64,000 bases of DNA from Candidatus Polarisedimenticolia bacterium (GTDB lineage Bacteria > Acidobacteriota > Polarisedimenticolia > Gp22-AA2 > AA152), in NCBI GenBank assembly GCA_036004685.1, contig DASYRE010000024.1, positions 234 to 64,233 of the forward strand, given 5' to 3'. Positions 58,911 through 64,000 of this stretch are shown here, in pieces. Each line of letters starts with the position of its first letter. Position 1 is the first letter of the stretch. The notes under the pieces are model-generated. The model was not told where the DNA came from and did not search any database. It saw only the letters and a list, made by a program, of their open reading frames with translations. The translations under genes and the position numbers were made by a program.

Positions 58911-61589
58911 CTACTGAAGATCCAGCTGCCAGAGGTCGGCTTCCTGCTCTCGTTCGGTAAAGTAGATCGTGCGGCCGTCTCGGGCAAGCGCTACACCGAA
59001 CTGGTCGACGTCTCCATGCAGAACAAGCGGGTACGTCCGAATCTGCCGCGATTCGATGTCCAAGACCGACAATCCCTTCTTGTCTTCGCTCGAGAAGAGC
59101 AGCCGGCGATTGTCCGGAAACCATAAGGGGAACTGGCCGCGATCGCTCAAGTGGACATAATCACGCGTCTTCAGCCGGAAGATGACCGGACCGGCCGGCC
59201 CCGAGCTCACCCGTTGCAGGTGTCCGGCAATCATCGTCCCGTCGGGCGACCAATCCCGAGGTATGAATTGAGTTTCCGGATCGGGAGGGAGAGGAATCTC
59301 CTCCGGCTTGCCCTTGGGGGGAAAAGCGCCGATGAAGTTGTGAAACCGGCCCTCGAAATCGGTGAACAGGATCCGGTCGCCGGATGGCGACCAGGCCGGA
59401 TAGATCGTGTTGGTATGATCCTCGTAAAGGACCTGCAAATCGCTGCCATCGGGCCGGACGACGTAGATGCGGTAGAAGCCGCTCCGATCGGAAGCGAACG
59501 CCAGCCGGTCGCCGGCCGGCGACCAGCGGGATATCCGATTCCGCGAATCAGACGCGGCGATCCGGCGGCGGCTCGAGCCGTCGGTGGAGCTGATGACGAT
59601 GTCCTCGCGCAGCATCCCCGGCTTGTCCCCGGCCGCGATGGTCGTATACGCGAGGAGCTTGCCGTCAGGCGAGAGAGTTGGCCAGACGATGGGACTCGAG
59701 CCGCGGATCACGGGAGCAGGATCCAGCGCGATCTTGTCGTGGGAGAGGTCGAGGATGGCCTTGCGGATTCCCGTGAATCCGACCGACGCGACGTAGACGA
59801 TCCGCCGGCCGTCGCGCGCGATGCTGGCGGAATGTATCTCGGAAGCCGAGCCGAACGTGACCGGCTCGGGCGGTCCCTGCGTCTTGCCCGTTGCCTCGTC
59901 CAGGGGAATGCGCCATAGATTCATGCTGCCGCCCCGATTGCTCGAGAAATAGAGATACTCCCCGTCCGGGGCCCACAGCGGGTTCCAGTCCAGCGCCGGA
60001 TCCTGGGTGACCGGGACCGGCGTTCCGCCCTCCGCCGGAATCGACCAGAGATCGCGCTGGCCGCCTCCACGGGACAGGGACCAGAAGGCGATGCGCGTGC
60101 CTGCGGGCGACCAGCTGGGCTGGACGGCATCCGTCGCGTAGAGCTGCCTCGTTTGTCCCGACTTCACGTCCACGACCCACAGCTCGCTCAGGTTCGGACG
60201 AGCGTAGGGTTGATCGAAATCGGACGTTTGATAGGCGATTCGCGCTCCGTCCGGCGACCAGGCCGGCCGGAAGCCTTTGTTGGTGACCCGGACGACCGAC
60301 TCGCCTGTCGCTCCCATGACGAAGATCCCTCCCTTGTCGCGGCCGGAGCGGAAAGCGATCCGCTCGCCGTCGGGAGAGAACGCCGGCTCGATGTCGTCGT
60401 CCGACGAGTCTTTCGTAAGGTTCGCCGGATTGCTGCCGCCGACCCTCTGGACGTAGATGTCCCAGTTACCGGCCGCCCGGCTCGCGTAGGCGATGAGCTT
60501 CCCGTCAGGCGAGATGCTCGGAGTGATTTCCTGTCCGGCGAAATCGGTCAGCTGGATCTGCGTGCCGATCATCGAAGCTCCGCGCCGCCCCTTCTCGGGG
60601 TTCTTTCCCGAGCGCGACAGGACAAGCGCCAGCACGCCGAGGGCCGCCAGCGCCACGACGGCGGTGACGAGACGCAACTTGCGACCGCGCGGACGCGCCA
60701 TCGCCGCGGCGACCTCGCCGGCGTCGAGCGCCCCGGAATCGATTTCCTTCCGCAAATCGGCAATCTGGTTGCGGACGTCCTGCGCGCTCTGCGTCCGCTC
60801 CTCGGGATCCTTCGCGAGGCACTGGCGGAGGATGCGGCCGAGATGGCGCGGCAGGACCGGGTTGAGCTGCGTGGCGGAGGCCGGAGCGTCCCTCAGGATC
60901 GACGAGATGATCGACGCCTTCGTGTCCCCCTGGAACGGCCGCTTGCCCGTGGCCATCTCGTACAGGACGACTCCCAGGGAGAAGATGTCGGTCCGGTGAT
61001 CCAAGGGCTTTCCTTCGACTTGCTCCGGCGACATGTAGGCGACCGTCCCGAGAATCTGCCCTTCCTCCGTCAGGTGCCGGGTCGGCATGGCGCTGGCCTC
61101 CGACACGGCCACCGGCGTGTCGCGCAGCTTCGCCAGCCCGAAATCGAGGATCTTCAGCCGCCCGTCGCTCCCCACCACGATGTTGTCTGGTTTCAGGTCG
61201 CGATGGATGATTCCCGCCCGGTGCGCCGCCGCGACGGCGTCGGAGAGAGGAATCGCCAGCTCGAAGAACGGGGCCAGAGAGAGCCCACCCTTGGGGATGA
61301 TTGCGGTGAGAGGCTTTCCGGCGATCAGCTCCATCGTGATGAAGTGGATCCCTTCGGCCTCCTCGACCGAATGGACCGTCACGATGTTCGGATGGTTCAG
61401 GGACGCCACCGCCGTCGCCTCGCGCTCGAAGCGCTCCCGGCGCGCCGCGTCCTCGGCCAGATGGTGCGGGAGGATCTTCAGCGCCACGCGGCGGTGGAGC
61501 TTCAAGTCCTCGGCGGCGTAGACTTCCCCCATCCCGCCGGAGCCGATCTTCTCAACAATCCGGTAGTGGCTGATCGTCCTGCCGATCAT
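58911..61589 (-). CDS. Hanks-type Ser/Thr protein kinase fused via a TM helix to a TolB-like (PD40/WD40-like) beta-propeller
   Basis: Kinase subdomains (GSGGMGEVY; HRDLKPDNIVV; DFG; SPEQ) followed by a TM helix. The C-terminal repeats carry SPDGKLIAYAS / SPDGERIAFRS / SPDGARIAYQT / SPAGTRIAFWS PD40 signatures. Confidence 0.8.
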   Translation of the reverse strand: MIGRTISHYRIVEKIGSGGMGEVYAAEDLKLHRRVALKILPHHLAEDAARRERFEREATAVASLNHPNIVTVHSVEEAEGIHFITMELIAGKPLTAIIPKGGLSLAPFFELAIPLSDAVAAAHRAGIIHRDLKPDNIVVGSDGRLKILDFGLAKLRDTPVAVSEASAMPTRHLTEEGQILGTVAYMSPEQVEGKPLDHRTDIFSLGVVLYEMATGKRPFQGDTKASIISSILRDAPASATQLNPVLPRHLGRILRQCLAKDPEERTQSAQDVRNQIADLRKEIDSGALDAGEVAAAMARPRGRKLRLVTAVVALAALGVLALVLSRSGKNPEKGRRGASMIGTQIQLTDFAGQEITPSISPDGKLIAYASRAAGNWDIYVQRVGGSNPANLTKDSSDDDIEPAFSPDGERIAFRSGRDKGGIFVMGATGESVVRVTNKGFRPAWSPDGARIAYQTSDFDQPYARPNLSELWVVDVKSGQTRQLYATDAVQPSWSPAGTRIAFWSLSRGGGQRDLWSIPAEGGTPVPVTQDPALDWNPLWAPDGEYLYFSSNRGGSMNLWRIPLDEATGKTQGPPEPVTFGSASEIHSASIARDGRRIVYVASVGFTGIRKAILDLSHDKIALDPAPVIRGSSPIVWPTLSPDGKLLAYTTIAAGDKPGMLREDIVISSTDGSSRRRIAASDSRNRISRWSPAGDRLAFASDRSGFYRIYVVRPDGSDLQVLYEDHTNTIYPAWSPSGDRILFTDFEGRFHNFIGAFPPKGKPEEIPLPPDPETQFIPRDWSPDGTMIAGHLQRVSSGPAGPVIFRLKTRDYVHLSDRGQFPLWFPDNRRLLFSSEDKKGLSVLDIESRQIRTYPLVLHGDVDQFGVALARDGRTIYFTEREQEADLWQLDLQ

Positions 61590-61879
61590 GGTCGCGATTC
61601 CAAGATTCCCCTCGCCCTACCCAGGAAGGGGCCGCCGGCCGACATTCTACCTGCTTTGGGACCAAGGTTGACCGGACCGCGCTGTCCTCGCCCCGTGGCT
61701 AAGACTCTTGTGTCAAAAGTGCGAGGCCAGACTCCGCTCGCCGGGGCTCACGTTTCCGATCCCAAGGCTTCCGAACGAACGGCCGAAGCGCCTCTTCCTT
61801 AGCTGCTCAAAGGGGTTGGTGTCAAGAGGATCCCTGTCCCATCCCGCCCCGGCGCCAGGAATGTGTAAGATAGGGGTCC

Positions 61880-64000
61880 ATGGATTCCGCGCCCGTCTCC
61901 AGCCTCGAAGGCGTCCTCGAGCGCATCGTCTATGCCAACGACGAGAGCGCCTGGAGCGTCGTGCGCCTCACCGTCGCGGGGCGCCACGAGCCGGTCACCG
62001 CCGTCGGGAACCTTCCCGGCGTCCAGCCGGGGGAGAGCCTGCAGCTCGAGGGCTCGTGGGTCATCGACCGGAGGTTCGGCGAGCAGTTCCGGGTCGTCTC
62101 CTACCGCATCCTCAAGCCCGCCACGCTGGTGGGAATCGAGAAATACCTCGGCTCCGGCCTGGTGCACGGGATCGGCGAGGTCATGGCGCGCCGTCTGGTC
62201 GATCACTTCGGCCTCGACACGCTGGAGATCATCGACGCCCATCCCGAGCGGCTCGCCGAGGTCGAAGGATTCGGCCCGGTCCGCCGGGCCGCCCTCGCCA
62301 AGGCCTGGGCGGAGCAGCGCGAGCTGCGGGAGCTGATGGTCCTTCTCCAGACGCTCGGCGTCTCGACCACCTTCGCCGCGCGGATCTGGAAGGCTTACGG
62401 CGACGAGGCCGCGGCTGTCGTCCGCGAGGACCCCTACCGCCTGGCCTTCGACATCTTCGGGATCGGATTCAAGACCGCCGACCGGATCGCCATGAACCTC
62501 GGCATCCCGCGGGACTCGCCGCGCCGCGCGCAGGCGGGCGTCCTGCACGTTCTCGAGACGTTTGCCGCCGAAGGGCACGTCTACGTCCCGCGGCCCATCT
62601 TGGCCGAGCACGCCGCGCGCCTCCTGGAGCTGGAGCCGGGGCTGCCGGACGAGGCGGTGGGCGATCTCGCCGCGGCGCGTCAGGTCGTCCTCGAGCCGCT
62701 CGGAGACGACGCGGCAGAGGCGGCTTTCCTTCCTGCCCTGCACACCGCCGAGATCGGCGCCGCGGCGCGCATGGAGACTCTGCTCAGCGCGCCGATCCAT
62801 CCCGTCACGATCGACGTCGAGCGCGCGCTGGAGTGGTTCGAGGCCCGTCAGGGGATCGAGCTGGCCGAGGAGCAGCGGGAGGCGATCCGCCGCGCCGTCG
62901 CGCGCAAGGTCCTGGTCATCACCGGCGGCCCAGGCACCGGCAAGACGACGCTGATCAACGCCGTGGTCGACATCCTGGAGAAGAAGAACCGCAAGATTCT
63001 GCTGGCCGCGCCGACCGGCCGAGCCGCCCGCCGCCTGGGAGACCTGACCGGCCGCGAGGCGCGGACGATCCACCGGATGCTGGAGTTCAGCCCGCGCAAC
63101 GGCAGCTTCGAGCGCAACGCCGGCCGCCCGCTGGACGCCGATGTGCTGGTCCTGGATGAAGTCTCGATGATCGACATCGTCCTCTTCCATCACGTCCTCA
63201 AGGCGCTGCCCGCCCACTGCCAGCTCATCCTGGTGGGCGACGTCGATCAGCTCCCCTCCGTCGGTCCCGGCAACGTCCTGCGCGATCTGATCGGCTCGGG
63301 GGCCGTCGACGTCGTCCGTCTCACCAAAATCTTCCGGCAGGCGCAGCAAAGCCTCATCGTCGTGAACGCTCATCGCGTGAACCGCGGCGAGATGCCGCTC
63401 CTGAACCCCCAGGACGACGGCCAAGCCGACTTCATGTTCATCGAGCGCGACGATCCTCTGGAGATCCTGGAGGAGCTGAAGCGCCTCGTCGCCGAGGAGA
63501 TTCCGCGCCGTTTCGGCCTCGATCCGATCGAGGAGATCCAGGTCCTCACCCCGATGCACAAAGGGGACGTGGGAGCGTCGAACCTCAACGAGCAGCTCGG
63601 CGCGCTCCTCAACAAGCGCCCCGAGTCGGTCTCGAAAGGCGGCCGGACGCTGCGTCTCGGCGATCGCGTGATGCAGATTCGGAACAACTACCAGGTCGAC
63701 GTGTTCAACGGCGACATCGGCCGCATCGAATCAATGAATCCGGAGAACCGCCAGGTCCACATCCGCTTCGACGACCGGCTCGTCGCCTACGACGCCGCCG
63801 AGCTCGACGAGCTGGTCCCCGCCTACGCCTGCTCCATCCACAAATCCCAAGGCAGCGAGTACCCCTGTGTCGTCGTCCCCCTGCACACCCAGCACTTCGT
63901 CATGCTCCAGCGCAACCTGATCTATACCGCCCTGACGCGCGGCAAGAAGCTCGTCGTCCTCGTCGGCAGCCGCAAAGCGCTTTCGCTGGCCGTCAGGAAT
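61880..64000 (+). CDS. recD2: RecD2-type ATP-dependent DNA helicase (3' partial, runs off window)
   Basis: N-terminal OB/HhH region, Walker A (ITGGPGTGKTT), DExx-like (LVLDEVSMID) and C-terminal SH3/UvrD_C-like blocks (IHKSQGSEYP). The open frame from ATG 61880 has no stop before the window end. Confidence 0.8.
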   Translation, partial: MDSAPVSSLEGVLERIVYANDESAWSVVRLTVAGRHEPVTAVGNLPGVQPGESLQLEGSWVIDRRFGEQFRVVSYRILKPATLVGIEKYLGSGLVHGIGEVMARRLVDHFGLDTLEIIDAHPERLAEVEGFGPVRRAALAKAWAEQRELRELMVLLQTLGVSTTFAARIWKAYGDEAAAVVREDPYRLAFDIFGIGFKTADRIAMNLGIPRDSPRRAQAGVLHVLETFAAEGHVYVPRPILAEHAARLLELEPGLPDEAVGDLAAARQVVLEPLGDDAAEAAFLPALHTAEIGAAARMETLLSAPIHPVTIDVERALEWFEARQGIELAEEQREAIRRAVARKVLVITGGPGTGKTTLINAVVDILEKKNRKILLAAPTGRAARRLGDLTGREARTIHRMLEFSPRNGSFERNAGRPLDADVLVLDEVSMIDIVLFHHVLKALPAHCQLILVGDVDQLPSVGPGNVLRDLIGSGAVDVVRLTKIFRQAQQSLIVVNAHRVNRGEMPLLNPQDDGQADFMFIERDDPLEILEELKRLVAEEIPRRFGLDPIEEIQVLTPMHKGDVGASNLNEQLGALLNKRPESVSKGGRTLRLGDRVMQIRNNYQVDVFNGDIGRIESMNPENRQVHIRFDDRLVAYDAAELDELVPAYACSIHKSQGSEYPCVVVPLHTQHFVMLQRNLIYTALTRGKKLVVLVGSRKALSLAVRN

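Noticed and set aside
61708-63559. ORFs 61708..63159 (+) and 61799..63559 (-)
   Set aside because: They are alternative or antisense frames to the recD2 helicase gene, whose frame from ATG 61880 contains Walker A/B and helicase motifs and stays open to the window end.

Overview
This is a very GC-rich (about 70% by eye), densely coding bacterial chromosomal window; codon bias and gene content suggest an Acidobacteria- or Deltaproteobacteria-like genome. I call about 48 protein-coding genes, usually by picking the frame with recognisable motifs over long antisense ORFs on the opposite strand. Housekeeping genes include fumC, a transketolase-like TPP enzyme, an adaA-alkA/ogt alkylation-repair operon, a complete Rrf2-sufBCDSU-sufT Fe-S assembly operon preceded by an Mrp/ApbC-DUF971 gene, mscL, and a partial recD2-type helicase at the 3' edge. 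The accessory content is dominated by membrane-lipid and envelope functions wired to signalling proteins. It contains three Hanks-type Ser/Thr kinases, one of which sits in an apparent operon with an FHA protein and a tri-domain acyl-AMP ligase-ACP-lysophospholipid acyltransferase (Aas-like, reversed domain order). That operon lies divergent to a lipase-maturation-factor/acyl-CoA ligase/methyltransferase operon and next to an MMPL exporter plus a membrane-anchored sulfatase-superfamily enzyme, flanked by several large polytopic GT-C-like membrane proteins. Other notable items are a Rieske-flavin reductase fusion broken by a single in-frame TAG, a secreted protein with an extraordinary Asp/Arg-repeat tail in a lower-GC island with its own intrinsic terminator, an MscL with a C-terminal Cys4 zinc ribbon, a rhodanese-methyltransferase fusion, and a DUF4331-TPR pair divergent from an ECF sigma/anti-sigma pair. 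I found no CRISPR arrays, transposases, integrases or tRNA genes. The most plausible candidate for an undescribed system is the roughly 16 kb kinase/FHA-linked lipid-remodelling gene neighbourhood at about 18.1 to 34.5 kb. That assignment is inference from domain content and gene order only.
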